A stretch of DNA of 64,000 bases from a candidate division WOR-3 bacterium (GTDB taxonomy: Bacteria; Hydrothermota; Tepidihabitantia; Tepidihabitantales; Tepidihabitantaceae). The stretch covers positions 1,592 through 65,591 of the forward strand of contig CBFGJT010000006.1 of the NCBI GenBank assembly GCA_965649165.1. Reading direction: 5' to 3'. Under the pieces are notes generated by a model. The model was given only the letters and a program-made list of their open reading frames with translations, was not told the DNA's origin and searched no databases. Positions 8,729 through 17,855 of this stretch are shown piece by piece. Every line of letters starts with the position of its first letter. The stretch's first letter is position 1. The position numbers and the translations under genes are program-made.

Positions 8729-9781
8729 TTAACTGGTAACTGTTCTGTTGCCCCACACCTCCTGCCACACCCGGAAAAAGTTCAGCCCTAAAATTTTTCT
8801 GATATCCGGTTCAGTATAGCCCAATTGCACCAGTCTGCGGGTAATTTCTGGCAGTTTACCCGCATTTTCCAGCCCTCTCAGCCTGCCGGAAAACCCGTCG
8901 AAGTCCGAACCCAGCCCGATTACATCGCATCCGAACTTCTGAACAACATAATCGATCGAACGGATAACATTATCAATTGATGCCCGTCCCGGGTTCGGGC
9001 AAACAAACGCCGGCAAAAACACCTGACCCATCATCCCACCCTGCTGTGCCAGCGCGCTCAGCTGATCGTTCTTCAGGTTACGGTTGTGACGGCGAAGTGC
9101 ATAAATCCCGGAATGAGAAGCGATAACCGGTGCCAAACTCAGCTCCAGCGCCTGATAGAAGCTGGCTTCTGCTGCATGGGACAGGTCGATTATCACTCCC
9201 AGCCGGTTCATAATTCGGACCGCTTCTCTGCCCAGCGGAGAAAGTCCGTTATGCGGCCGGTTTTTATCCCAGCTGGCATCTGCCAGCTCATTGGAATTGC
9301 ACCAAGTTAGTGTCAGTATCCGTACCCCGGCACGATAGAACCGGTAAATCCGTTCCAGGTCTCCTTCAAGCGCGTGCCCTCCTTCAACTCCAATCACCAC
9401 CGCAATCCTGCCCTGACTGACGAGCCGTTTCAGACCACGGGGCGAGAGAGCCAACCCCAGCCGGTCCGGGTACTGCTGACATAATTTCCGAATTGCCACT
9501 GCGGCACGCAGGATGAAAGATTCATACTCTCCGGCTTTAATTTTCTTCGGATCCGGGAAGATAGCAAAAACCTGCACCTTGACACCGCCGGCTTCCAGTT
9601 TCGGCAGATCAACATGACCCCTGGTTCTGCGAGTAATATCACGCCGACCCTTGAGGTGGTCTAAAATCGAATCACAGTGCAGATCAACAACCAGCGCCTG
9701 GCGGTGGATCGACTGGAAATTAATCTCCGCCTTCCTCCTCAAGGCCGGAAAACCGCCGCTGATACCGCTGCCAGGCTTCAT
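8729..9781 (-). CDS. Membrane dipeptidase (peptidase M19)
   Basis: Carries the VVDLHCDS zinc-ligand motif and overall renal-dipeptidase-like sequence. The start is uncertain: TTG 9835, ATG 9781 and TTG 9742 all overlap the end of the upstream TPR gene. Confidence 0.8.
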   Translation of the reverse strand: MKPGSGISGGFPALRRKAEINFQSIHRQALVVDLHCDSILDHLKGRRDITRRTRGHVDLPKLEAGGVKVQVFAIFPDPKKIKAGEYESFILRAAVAIRKLCQQYPDRLGLALSPRGLKRLVSQGRIAVVIGVEGGHALEGDLERIYRFYRAGVRILTLTWCNSNELADASWDKNRPHNGLSPLGREAVRIMNRLGVIIDLSHAAEASFYQALELSLAPVIASHSGIYALRRHNRNLKNDQLSALAQQGGMMGQVFLPAFVCPNPGRASIDNVIRSIDYVVQKFGCDVIGLGSDFDGFSGRLRGLENAGKLPEITRRLVQLGYTEPDIRKILGLNFFRVWQEVWGNRTVTS

Positions 9782-10943
9782 TCTGAACCCGCTCCATCTC
9801 CTGCGCGGCGTCCTCCGCCTCTTCAACCCTCCCAAGCATCAGCAGGGCATCGGCGAGTACCCCGTAGACTTCCTGGTCATAGCGGTTGAATTCAACCGCC
9901 CTTCTTGCTGCTGCTGTCGCCGACTGATAATTACCAGTTTGATAATACAGTCTGGCAAGCTCGGACCAAAGCGGTCCGGCTTCGGGGTCATCCTGGACTG
10001 CCTTTTCAAGCCGGTTAAGCGCCTTTGTAGGCTGACCGGTCTCCTCATAGGCGCGACAGAGCCGGAGTAAAATTTCCAGATCCTCCGGATACTCTTCATT
10101 CAGCCGCTCGAGCAGTGGTAATGCCTCATTGAACATCCGGAACTGCTCAAAGAACTGGCTCATGATTTCGGGCTCGTGAGCGAACCGCATCCGGATCTGC
10201 TGATAGACATCAATGGCTTCATCTACCTCGCCCAGTCGCCAATAACAGTCCAGAAGAAAGAAATAGGCTGCCGGTTGTTCCGGTTCTTCGGCAATTGCCT
10301 GCAGAAACTCCTGCGCCGCTTCAGTCAGCAGTCCGTCCGCATAGAAATCTCTCCCGAGATGCTGGTGGGGATTTTCCACGCTCGGGTCCAGCCGCTTCGC
10401 ATACTGATATTCGGCAAAGGCGGAAAGGTACTCACCGCTCAGGGCATAACTGATGCCCAGCGAGATCCGGGCGCGGATGTTGTCGGGCGCATGCTCCAGA
10501 ACCCGGCCGTAGATTTCTGAGCACTTCTCTTCCTGTCCCATCTGCTCGCACAAAATGCCCAGTCCGATGCAGAGGTCGATATCATCGGGCAGCGCCTGCA
10601 GCGCCAGCTCAAAAAGATGCTCTGCCCGTTCATAATTAGCATAGAACATCGCCCGCACCGCTTCACAGCCCAATGCATACGGATGTCTCATCCCGCGCCG
10701 GCGCACCGCACCACATACCTCTTCCACCGTCTCCTCATCGCTCAGATTGGCGGCACACAGCACTGTTAGATATGCAGCCCGCAGGTTGTCGGGCTGGCTC
10801 TCAAAGACCTCAAGCAGTAATACCAGCGCCGTTTCGTCATCATCCCGGTAAAACGCATTCAGCGCTTCCTCCCAGAGCTGACTTTCTACTGATACCTTCT
10901 GGTGGTTTCGTGACAGATGTGGATTATTGGACGGGTTGGGCAT
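9720..10943 (-). CDS. TPR repeat protein
   Basis: 407 aa made of repeated 34-aa A/Y/L-rich helical units throughout. Confidence 0.7.
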   Translation of the reverse strand: MPNPSNNPHLSRNHQKVSVESQLWEEALNAFYRDDDETALVLLLEVFESQPDNLRAAYLTVLCAANLSDEETVEEVCGAVRRRGMRHPYALGCEAVRAMFYANYERAEHLFELALQALPDDIDLCIGLGILCEQMGQEEKCSEIYGRVLEHAPDNIRARISLGISYALSGEYLSAFAEYQYAKRLDPSVENPHQHLGRDFYADGLLTEAAQEFLQAIAEEPEQPAAYFFLLDCYWRLGEVDEAIDVYQQIRMRFAHEPEIMSQFFEQFRMFNEALPLLERLNEEYPEDLEILLRLCRAYEETGQPTKALNRLEKAVQDDPEAGPLWSELARLYYQTGNYQSATAAARRAVEFNRYDQEVYGVLADALLMLGRVEEAEDAAQEMERVQNEAWQRYQRRFSGLEEEGGD

Positions 10944-10999
10944 ATGGTATATTATAAACCTAATTCCGGATAATGCAATAAAGAACCGGTGTCTAAAAT

Positions 11000-11461
11000 T
11001 TATTCGCCGTAAATCAGTCTGCCCAGGCTGTCGTAAACAGAAAATGTCGCGCCCTGCTCAGCCAGTTTGATCACCAGCCTTCCCCTATTTTTAGGGTCAA
11101 GCACTGTTAACGCGAACCCGTTACCGGCAATGAGCAGATTCCCGAGGCTCTTTTCATCGCAAAAGTTGATGCTGAATGTATCCCGCTGAGCCTGCTTCTG
11201 CCGGAACATTCGGGCTAATTCGGAATCAACGAGCACAATCGTTGCTCGCAGGCTGTCCTTCCCCTGATAAAAATTGATAAACAAGCTGTCGCCCCGCACC
11301 CGATGGCTTCGGGCCAGACGCAGACCGCCGCTCCCTTGAACTCCGGTTGAATCACTCCCCGAGAACATCACCTGAACCCGCTCCGGCGCACAACTGACCG
11401 GCAAAAATACTCCGAGCAAAACCGCTAGCCGCACCGAAAATAACCCGATGTTACCTCTCAT
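11000..11461 (-). CDS. Hypothetical secreted protein
   Basis: The signal peptide MRGNIGLFSVRLAVLLGVFLPVSC begins at the internal ATG 11461. The ORF-track start is 11485. Confidence 0.5.
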   Translation of the reverse strand: MRGNIGLFSVRLAVLLGVFLPVSCAPERVQVMFSGSDSTGVQGSGGLRLARSHRVRGDSLFINFYQGKDSLRATIVLVDSELARMFRQKQAQRDTFSINFCDEKSLGNLLIAGNGFALTVLDPKNRGRLVIKLAEQGATFSVYDSLGRLIYGE

Positions 11462-11567
11462 CACGACGATATTATTAAAAAGCATCAGCCCTTGTCAAGC
11501 AATCGCCATCATATGCCTGGTTGTTAGCTCTTTGAAAATTAATGTGTTACCATTTACTGTTCATTAT

Positions 11568-12341
11568 TTATGGCTGTGCCTGCGGGGGGTGGTTCTCCTT
11601 TGGACCCTGCTCCTTTTGGATGAGCTGGACCAACTCCGGCACCCGGTGTGCTGACTTCTCCGCCTGGCGCCGGGTTGCCTCGAAGAATACCACCCAGGCA
11701 AGCACGGAAAAGACAATCAGGCTGCCGGTCAAAAGCGGCCGCTGGGGCAGGACGATCACGATAAAGTCATAAAGCCCGTGGGCCGCAACCGCCAACAGAA
11801 AACCGATCAACCCCAAGCGATTGGCATCTCCGGTTGAGCGGGCAAACTTTGCTTCGCCCAGAAAGAAACCCATCAAAACCCCGTAAAATGCATGACTGGG
11901 CACCGCCATGAACGCTCTCATAATGCCGATGCGCAGTCCACCCAGTATCCCCGGGCTGAAGACATAAAGAATATTTTCCAGTGTGGCAAAGCCCAGGGCA
12001 ACCGCGGTGGAATACATAATGCCGTCATAGGGCTCGTCAAACTCCGGGCGGTGGTAACAGTAGAAGCGTACAACAAAGAACTTCCACCCCTCTTCCACGA
12101 GTCCGACAATTAAAAAGGTACCTAGGAATATCTGCACAATATCTGCATTCGGACTCAGCCAGCCGCTCAGCCGCTGGAGAAATGAGGAACTGGCTGAGGC
12201 GGGCAGAGTCATAAACGCCCCCAAAACAAAGGCAAGAAAGATGGGCCAGAGCGGTTCCCGCTTGTAGCGGTCGCGGAAATAGAAGAAAAGTAGCAGGGCA
12301 ATTCCGGGAACAATTGCCAGCAGCAGCAGCCAGAAGCTCAC
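11568..12341 (-). CDS. PrsW family intramembrane metalloprotease
   Basis: Carries the PrsW-like motifs FYFRDRYKREP and EEGWKFFVV within a multi-pass TM region. I place the start at GTG 12341, which is in frame and preceded by AGGAAA 8 nt upstream. The 430-aa track ORF reads through an upstream gene in another frame. Confidence 0.7.
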   Translation of the reverse strand: MSFWLLLLAIVPGIALLLFFYFRDRYKREPLWPIFLAFVLGAFMTLPASASSSFLQRLSGWLSPNADIVQIFLGTFLIVGLVEEGWKFFVVRFYCYHRPEFDEPYDGIMYSTAVALGFATLENILYVFSPGILGGLRIGIMRAFMAVPSHAFYGVLMGFFLGEAKFARSTGDANRLGLIGFLLAVAAHGLYDFIVIVLPQRPLLTGSLIVFSVLAWVVFFEATRRQAEKSAHRVPELVQLIQKEQGPKENHPPQAQP

Positions 12342-12370
12342 AGGTAATTTTCCTATGTTATCATATAAAG

Positions 12371-12784
12371 TCAACGTGCTGATGCTCTGATGATAAACCC
12401 CGGTGGTTTGAGCACGCCGGTAAAAATCAGTCCGACAATTACCGCCATCCAGCCGAGTGCGGTCAATCCCTGCACCAGCCAGGCACGGTACCGGCACTGT
12501 ACGGACGGCATCTCCTGTCCACTGCCGGATCTCAGCCGGAAGGCGATGTTCCAGCCGGCCCGGTAAATGAGATACAGCCCCAGAAGATTGGTGAACCAGT
12601 AACCGATAATCATCCCGGGGGCAAAAAGCCGGCGCTGAAACAGACTCATCCCGATACCGATGAGATAGGCAATCGGCAGATTGATAAAAAAATCGTTCCA
12701 CCAGGAAAGGGGCGACAGAAGATATCCGACAATTAGCATCAGCATTCGAGCGCCCAGTTTGCGCTGCATTCCGATCTTTACCAT
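12371..12784 (-). CDS. Small integral membrane protein (unknown family)
   Basis: 137 aa with 3-4 hydrophobic segments and an ATG start. It occupies the region that the 430-aa ORF covers in a different frame. Confidence 0.55.
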   Translation of the reverse strand: MVKIGMQRKLGARMLMLIVGYLLSPLSWWNDFFINLPIAYLIGIGMSLFQRRLFAPGMIIGYWFTNLLGLYLIYRAGWNIAFRLRSGSGQEMPSVQCRYRAWLVQGLTALGWMAVIVGLIFTGVLKPPGFIIRASAR

Positions 12785-12853
12785 AATTTAATTTTAAGTT
12801 ATACACGCTCCGAGGCAAAAAACACCGACGGAAACTTGAATCAAGTTCCACTC

Positions 12854-12881
12854 TTGACATTTTAAAAATATTGGTTATGCT
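12854..12881 (+). promoter_or_regulatory. Sigma-70-type promoter placed for a leaderless transcript
   Basis: TTGACA 12854-12859, 16-nt spacer, TATGCT 12876-12881. The GTG start of the GT4 gene is only 5 nt further on. Confidence 0.4.
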
Positions 12882-12886
12882 CGTTT

Positions 12887-13993
12887 GTGCACATACTTTT
12901 TATCAACTGGCGCTGTCCCCAAAACCCCCTTGCCGGCGGGGCAGAAATTTACCTTCATGAAGTCTGCCGGCGACTGCTCCACCGGGGCCATCAAATTACC
13001 CTGCTCGCCGAGAGGTATCCCGGAGCCGCGCCGGTTGAGGAGCTGGAAGGTATTCGGATTATTCGGCTGGGCGGAAAGTGGACCTTTAACTGGACCGTCT
13101 ATCACCAGCTTCCTTTAATTCTACGGCAGGGCTCATTCGATCTGGTTGTCGATGACTTGAACAAAATCCCTTTTTACTCCCCCTGGCTCACCGACAAACC
13201 GGTTCTTGTGCTTCTGATGCACCTTTTCCGGAAAAGCATCTTTCATGAGGTGCCGGCGCCGCTTGCCGCCTATATCTACCTTGCGGAAAGTTTGATCCCA
13301 TTTGCCTATCGGCACTGCCGGTTTGCAGTGATCTCGGAAAGTTCGCGTCAGGATGTCATCCGGCTCGGCATCCCGCCGGAACAGATTTCTGTTGCCCCGC
13401 CGGGAACCGATTTTAACCGCTACCGCCCGGCGCCGGGTGCAACGCGTGAACCGGTAATTCTGCATGTCGGTCGGTTGAAAAAATACAAGTCTACTGACCA
13501 TCTGCTTTATGCAGCCCGGCGGCTGAAGGAAAAGGGGGTTGATTTCCGGGTCGTAATCGTCGGTGACGGCGATGACCGGCCCCGACTGGAGAAACTTTCC
13601 CGGAAATTACAAGTTTCCGACCGGGTCTTTTTCACTGGGTTTGTCAGTGAGGCGGAGAAAATCAGCTGGTATCAGCGCAGCGCCGTGCTGGCGGAAAACT
13701 CAATTAAAGAAGGCTGGGGACTGATTGTTCTGGAGGCCAATGCCTGCGGGACACCGGTAGTTGTTGCCCGTTCACCTGGACTGGTTGACTCCTCTCGGGA
13801 CGGAGTCAACGGTCTCTTTTATGAATATGGTAATATAGATGAGCTGACGGCAAAACTTGAACTACTTCTGACCAATCATGAACTGCGCCGGCGGCTGGGG
13901 GAACAGGCGGTTGAATGGTCGCATCGGTGGACATGGGACGGAACGGCGGATAAAATTAATGATTTAATTGAACAGACCTTATATGGCAGATAA
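12887..13993 (+). CDS. Glycosyltransferase family 4
   Basis: 368 aa with a GT-B fold signature, including the E-x7-E region EGWGLIVLEANACGTPVV. Confidence 0.85.
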   Translation: MHILFINWRCPQNPLAGGAEIYLHEVCRRLLHRGHQITLLAERYPGAAPVEELEGIRIIRLGGKWTFNWTVYHQLPLILRQGSFDLVVDDLNKIPFYSPWLTDKPVLVLLMHLFRKSIFHEVPAPLAAYIYLAESLIPFAYRHCRFAVISESSRQDVIRLGIPPEQISVAPPGTDFNRYRPAPGATREPVILHVGRLKKYKSTDHLLYAARRLKEKGVDFRVVIVGDGDDRPRLEKLSRKLQVSDRVFFTGFVSEAEKISWYQRSAVLAENSIKEGWGLIVLEANACGTPVVVARSPGLVDSSRDGVNGLFYEYGNIDELTAKLELLLTNHELRRRLGEQAVEWSHRWTWDGTADKINDLIEQTLYGR

Positions 13994-14996
13994 TAATCAT
14001 CCGGACTTCGCTCTGCTCTGTGACAGTGTTGTCAAACTCTTCCGGCGCGGGCGGGGGCTGAAGAAAAAGGTGGTCCGGGCGCTGGACGGTGCCAGTCTGA
14101 CCGTCCCCCGCAGTGAGCTATTTGGGCTTCTGGGACCGAACGGTGCTGGCAAAACCACCCTCGTGCGGTGCATTGCCACCCTTCTGATCCCGGAATCAGG
14201 GACAATCCGGCTATTTGGGCATGATGTGTTTACCGACTCGCTTTTCTGCCGGCAGCGTATCGGCCTGCTTACCTCGGGTGAACGCACTCTTTACTGGAAA
14301 CTTTCTGCCCGGGATAACCTCCGCTTCTTTGCTGCCCTCTACGGACTCCACGGCAAGGACCGGGACCGGCGGATTGACTATCTGCTGGAGCTGCTCGGCC
14401 TGCGCGAAGTTGCCAACGAACGGCTCGAACGCTACTCCTCGGGTATGAAACAGAAGGTCAGTCTGGCGCGGGCGCTACTTCACGACCCCGACATCCTACT
14501 CCTGGATGAACCCACGCTCGGTCTTGACCCCCAGTTTGGCCGGTTCATCCGCCGGTTCATCAAGGAGGAACTCAACCGCAAACAGGGCAAAACCATCCTG
14601 CTCACAACCCATTATATGGATGAGGCGGACGAACTTTGTGACCGGATCGCTTTCATCAACCGGGGTAAGATCGTAGCCGTCAAGACACCGGCGGAATTCA
14701 AACGGGAGATACCGCATAAAGAGGTTCTGGAAGTGCGCTGTTTCGGTCAGCCGGACACAGCTGGTCTGAGGCACCTTGACGGCATTGAGCAGGTGCAGGC
14801 GGATTTCCGTGATGGCATCACCACCCTGCGCCTGGTCATGCCCAAAGCCGAGCGGGTGCTGAGCGAGGTCATTGAACTACTTCGGTCTCAGGTGCGGCTT
14901 CTGGAAATCGATGTCAAGGAGCCGACTCTTGAGGATGTTTTTATCTACATGACCGGCACATCACTTGGAGCTGACACCAAGGAGGAAAATCAGTAA
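13983..14996 (+). CDS. ABC transporter ATP-binding protein (ABC-2/DrrA-like)
   Basis: Walker A GPNGAGKT, signature SSGMKQKV, Walker B ILLLDEPT. ATG 13983 overlaps the GT4 stop by 11 nt. Confidence 0.9.
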   Translation: MADNNHPDFALLCDSVVKLFRRGRGLKKKVVRALDGASLTVPRSELFGLLGPNGAGKTTLVRCIATLLIPESGTIRLFGHDVFTDSLFCRQRIGLLTSGERTLYWKLSARDNLRFFAALYGLHGKDRDRRIDYLLELLGLREVANERLERYSSGMKQKVSLARALLHDPDILLLDEPTLGLDPQFGRFIRRFIKEELNRKQGKTILLTTHYMDEADELCDRIAFINRGKIVAVKTPAEFKREIPHKEVLEVRCFGQPDTAGLRHLDGIEQVQADFRDGITTLRLVMPKAERVLSEVIELLRSQVRLLEIDVKEPTLEDVFIYMTGTSLGADTKEENQ

Positions 14997-15833
14997 ATGC
15001 CGGACCGCGGAATTAAGACAGAACTGCGGGCAATCGGTGCCGAGTTTGTCAAAACGATGCAGATCTGGTTCTCCTATCCGATCATGCTGGTCTTCTGGGC
15101 GGTATTCCCGCTGCTTTGGGTTCTCCCCTATGTCTTTCAGGGCCGGGCACTCGTCGGCAGCGGCACAAGTGAAGCATTCCGCCAGCTTACCGGTTCCGGT
15201 AACTACCTGGCGTTCGTCCTGATCGGAGCGATAATCTCTACCTTTGTTTTCTCCGCCCTCTGGGGTGTCGGCAACTCGCTCCGCGAAGAGACCTACTGGG
15301 GGACGATGGAGTATATCATCGCCTCACCCACCCATCCACTGGTAATTCTCATCGGCAAGACGCTCGCCGAATGGACCTGGTCAACGGTCATGGTTCTGTT
15401 TCAGGCCCTGATCATTGCTCTGTTCTTCGGGGTTCAGTTTACACTGGCGAAGATCCTGCCCGTTCTGCTTTTGGTGATTCTGCTGATGATCGGCTTTTAC
15501 GGATTTGCCATTGCCTTTGCCGGCTTCACGCTTCTGATTAAAGAGGTTCACGGCTGGGTTCATACCTTGGAATGGATCTTCTTTCTCTTCTCTCCCATCC
15601 GCTATCCGGTTCAGGTCAACCCGATCACTGCTGCGGTCTCCACTCTGATCCCGCTCACCTGGGCGCTCATCGCCATCCGGGGCATTATCCTGCTCAACCG
15701 GTCGGAAGTAAATCTGTATCAGACGGTTCTTGTTCTCGCGCTGATGGACATCGCCCTCTTGACCGCCGGCTACTTTCTGTTCATCTATCTGGAACGCAAG
15801 ACCCGGCGTGACGGTACCGTCGGGATGCATTAG
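14997..15833 (+). CDS. ABC-2 type transporter permease
   Basis: 278 aa with about 6 TM segments. Its ATG directly abuts the ATPase stop codon. Confidence 0.8.
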   Translation: MPDRGIKTELRAIGAEFVKTMQIWFSYPIMLVFWAVFPLLWVLPYVFQGRALVGSGTSEAFRQLTGSGNYLAFVLIGAIISTFVFSALWGVGNSLREETYWGTMEYIIASPTHPLVILIGKTLAEWTWSTVMVLFQALIIALFFGVQFTLAKILPVLLLVILLMIGFYGFAIAFAGFTLLIKEVHGWVHTLEWIFFLFSPIRYPVQVNPITAAVSTLIPLTWALIAIRGIILLNRSEVNLYQTVLVLALMDIALLTAGYFLFIYLERKTRRDGTVGMH

Positions 15834-15838
15834 CAGCG

Positions 15839-16693
15839 ATGAACCGGCTGTCCCGGTGGTGGTCCAAGCTGCGTCACTATGCTGGTGCGGTCTGGGCGGA
15901 GAACATCAAGGAGTGGAAACTGGAGCTTACTTACAAGGCCGATTTTGCCCGCGGGCTGATCGATCCGGTGGTTTATCTCCTGCCTTATCTGCTTTATGGC
16001 GTGGCATTGGTCGGAGGCAGAAGCTCGGAAAACCTCCAGCGTTTGGTCGGTACCTCAGATATAATTACCTTCATTACCCTGGGTTATGTCTTCATCGGTT
16101 TTCTGAACATGGCGCTCTGGGCAATGGGGTTCAGCCTGCGCAAGGAGCAGTTCTACGGCACCTTGGAATCGGTTTTTGCCGCACCTGTTCCCCGCTGGGT
16201 ATTTACCATGGGCATGTCCCTTCACTCCATCCTCCACCAACTGCTGATGATTGCGGTCCAGATCATATTCATCCTTGCGGTCTTCAGCATCCGAATCAAC
16301 CCGCTCGGTCTAGTGCCGACCCTACTGGTGATTGCGCTGATGCTCATCGCCCTCTACGGCATCGGCATGTTTATGGCGAGCTTCACCCTGATCTTCAAAC
16401 AGGGCTGGCTGGTCAGCGAGGCGCTGTCAAGCATCCTGATGATTCTGACCCCGATCGCCTATCCGCTTGCGGTCCTACCGGCTTTCATGCAGAAGGCGGC
16501 CCTCCTCGTTCCGACCACCTACGGGATTCTCACCGCCCGCCATTATCTCATGGGAGAAAAGATCAGTTTTACCCTGCATGATGCCCTCATCCGGCTGGCA
16601 CTGCTTTCCCTGCTCTGGGTGGCATTTGGTCTGGCAGTATTTGCCCTGATTGAACGCCAGACCCGGCGCGCCGGCACGCTGAGCCATTACTGA
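15839..16693 (+). CDS. ABC-2 type transporter permease (second, divergent copy)
   Basis: 284 aa with about 6 TM segments, 5 nt after the first permease. Confidence 0.8.
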   Translation: MNRLSRWWSKLRHYAGAVWAENIKEWKLELTYKADFARGLIDPVVYLLPYLLYGVALVGGRSSENLQRLVGTSDIITFITLGYVFIGFLNMALWAMGFSLRKEQFYGTLESVFAAPVPRWVFTMGMSLHSILHQLLMIAVQIIFILAVFSIRINPLGLVPTLLVIALMLIALYGIGMFMASFTLIFKQGWLVSEALSSILMILTPIAYPLAVLPAFMQKAALLVPTTYGILTARHYLMGEKISFTLHDALIRLALLSLLWVAFGLAVFALIERQTRRAGTLSHY

Positions 16694-16697
16694 GAGT

Positions 16698-17618
16698 TTG
16701 CGGATGCGGCAACCTGTCGGTATCACCCTCGGCGACCCTGCGGGGATCGGCCCGGAGATAGTCATCAAGGCGCTGCAACAGGTTTCTCACCGTCAGCTCC
16801 TGCTAATCGGACCGAATGAAGTGTTAAAAAGGGAGGCGGCGCGATTGCGGGTTTCGCTCCCTCCGGTTGCAGTTTATGACACCGGACCGTTAGGCGATTA
16901 TTGGTACGGTCAGGTGCAAAAAAATTGTGGTGCTGCAGCCCTGCAGGCGCTGGAGGCTGGAGCGACCCTGCTGAAGCAGAGCCGTATCTCAGCACTCGTG
17001 ACCGCACCGGTTTCCAAAAGTGCGCTCCGGCTTGCCGGATTCCGGTTTCCAGGCCAGACCGAATTTCTTGCCCGCCGGTTGAACGCCCGACGTTATGCCA
17101 TGCTTGCCTGGTCACCGCAATTCAAGGTGATCTTTGTCACGATTCACCTGCCCCTTGCCCGGGTCGCCCGACAAATTACCGCGGTGCGGGTGCGGGAAAA
17201 AATTATCCTGCTGAATGAGTATCTTCAGTTAGAGGGAATTGAGCAGCCGGCAATCGGTGTACTTGCACTCAACCCCCACGCCGACGAGTTTTCCCTGGGA
17301 GAGGAACAGCGCATTCGTCAGGCAATACTACAGGCACGGCGCAAAAACATCCGGGCTGAAGGTCCTCTCCCCGCCGACTCCATCTTTGTCAATTTTGATC
17401 GGTTTCACGGATTTGTTGCGATGTATCACGATCAGGCAATGATTCCCGCCAAACTGCTGGCCCGTGGTGCTGGTGTCAATGTTACGCTTGGGCTGGGTAG
17501 AATCCGCACCTCTCCTCTGCACGGCGTGGCATTCGATATCGCCGGACAGCACCGAGCTGACCCTGGTTCAATGGTCGCTGCCATCCGACTGGCGCTAAAA
17601 CTGAGCGCCCGTTCTTAG
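16698..17618 (+). CDS. pdxA: 4-hydroxythreonine-4-phosphate dehydrogenase
   Basis: Carries GDPAGIGPEI near the N-terminus and SPLHGVAFDIAG near the C-terminus. Confidence 0.9.
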   Translation: MRMRQPVGITLGDPAGIGPEIVIKALQQVSHRQLLLIGPNEVLKREAARLRVSLPPVAVYDTGPLGDYWYGQVQKNCGAAALQALEAGATLLKQSRISALVTAPVSKSALRLAGFRFPGQTEFLARRLNARRYAMLAWSPQFKVIFVTIHLPLARVARQITAVRVREKIILLNEYLQLEGIEQPAIGVLALNPHADEFSLGEEQRIRQAILQARRKNIRAEGPLPADSIFVNFDRFHGFVAMYHDQAMIPAKLLARGAGVNVTLGLGRIRTSPLHGVAFDIAGQHRADPGSMVAAIRLALKLSARS

Positions 17619-17672
17619 GTTCAGTTTTCAATTTTATCTGAAATTATCGGACCGACAGCCTAAATTAAAATT

Positions 17673-17805
17673 GTGAGGTGAAGACGGCCAGGGCTGGTTT
17701 CAGGCGAGGCTTTTTGGTGGGATTGGAATGCGAGGGCATTCCTATGGGCTTTTTGAGGAGGTTGAGATGCCGTTCCGTCGCCTGAAACAACCGCCTCCAC
17801 CTCAC
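17673..17805. other. Long imperfect stem-loop (candidate ncRNA or complex terminator)
   Basis: Outer 8-bp helix GTGAGGTG (17673-17680) pairs with CACCTCAC (17798-17805). Inner 11-bp helix GTTTCAGGCGA (17697-17707) pairs with TCGCCTGAAAC (17778-17788). The apical hairpin is GGAATGC-GAGG-GCATTCC (17725-17742). Confidence 0.35.
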
Positions 17806-17855
17806 CGCGATTAATTTAACAAATTTTTTAAACTTGTCAAATAAAATTTTTGAGT

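Noticed and set aside
15808-16581. 257-aa + strand ORF overlapping the second ABC-2 permease
   Set aside because: It is an alternative frame of a clearly membrane-protein-coding region. Its P/G/R/H-rich, low-complexity translation is typical of an off-frame ORF in GC-rich DNA.
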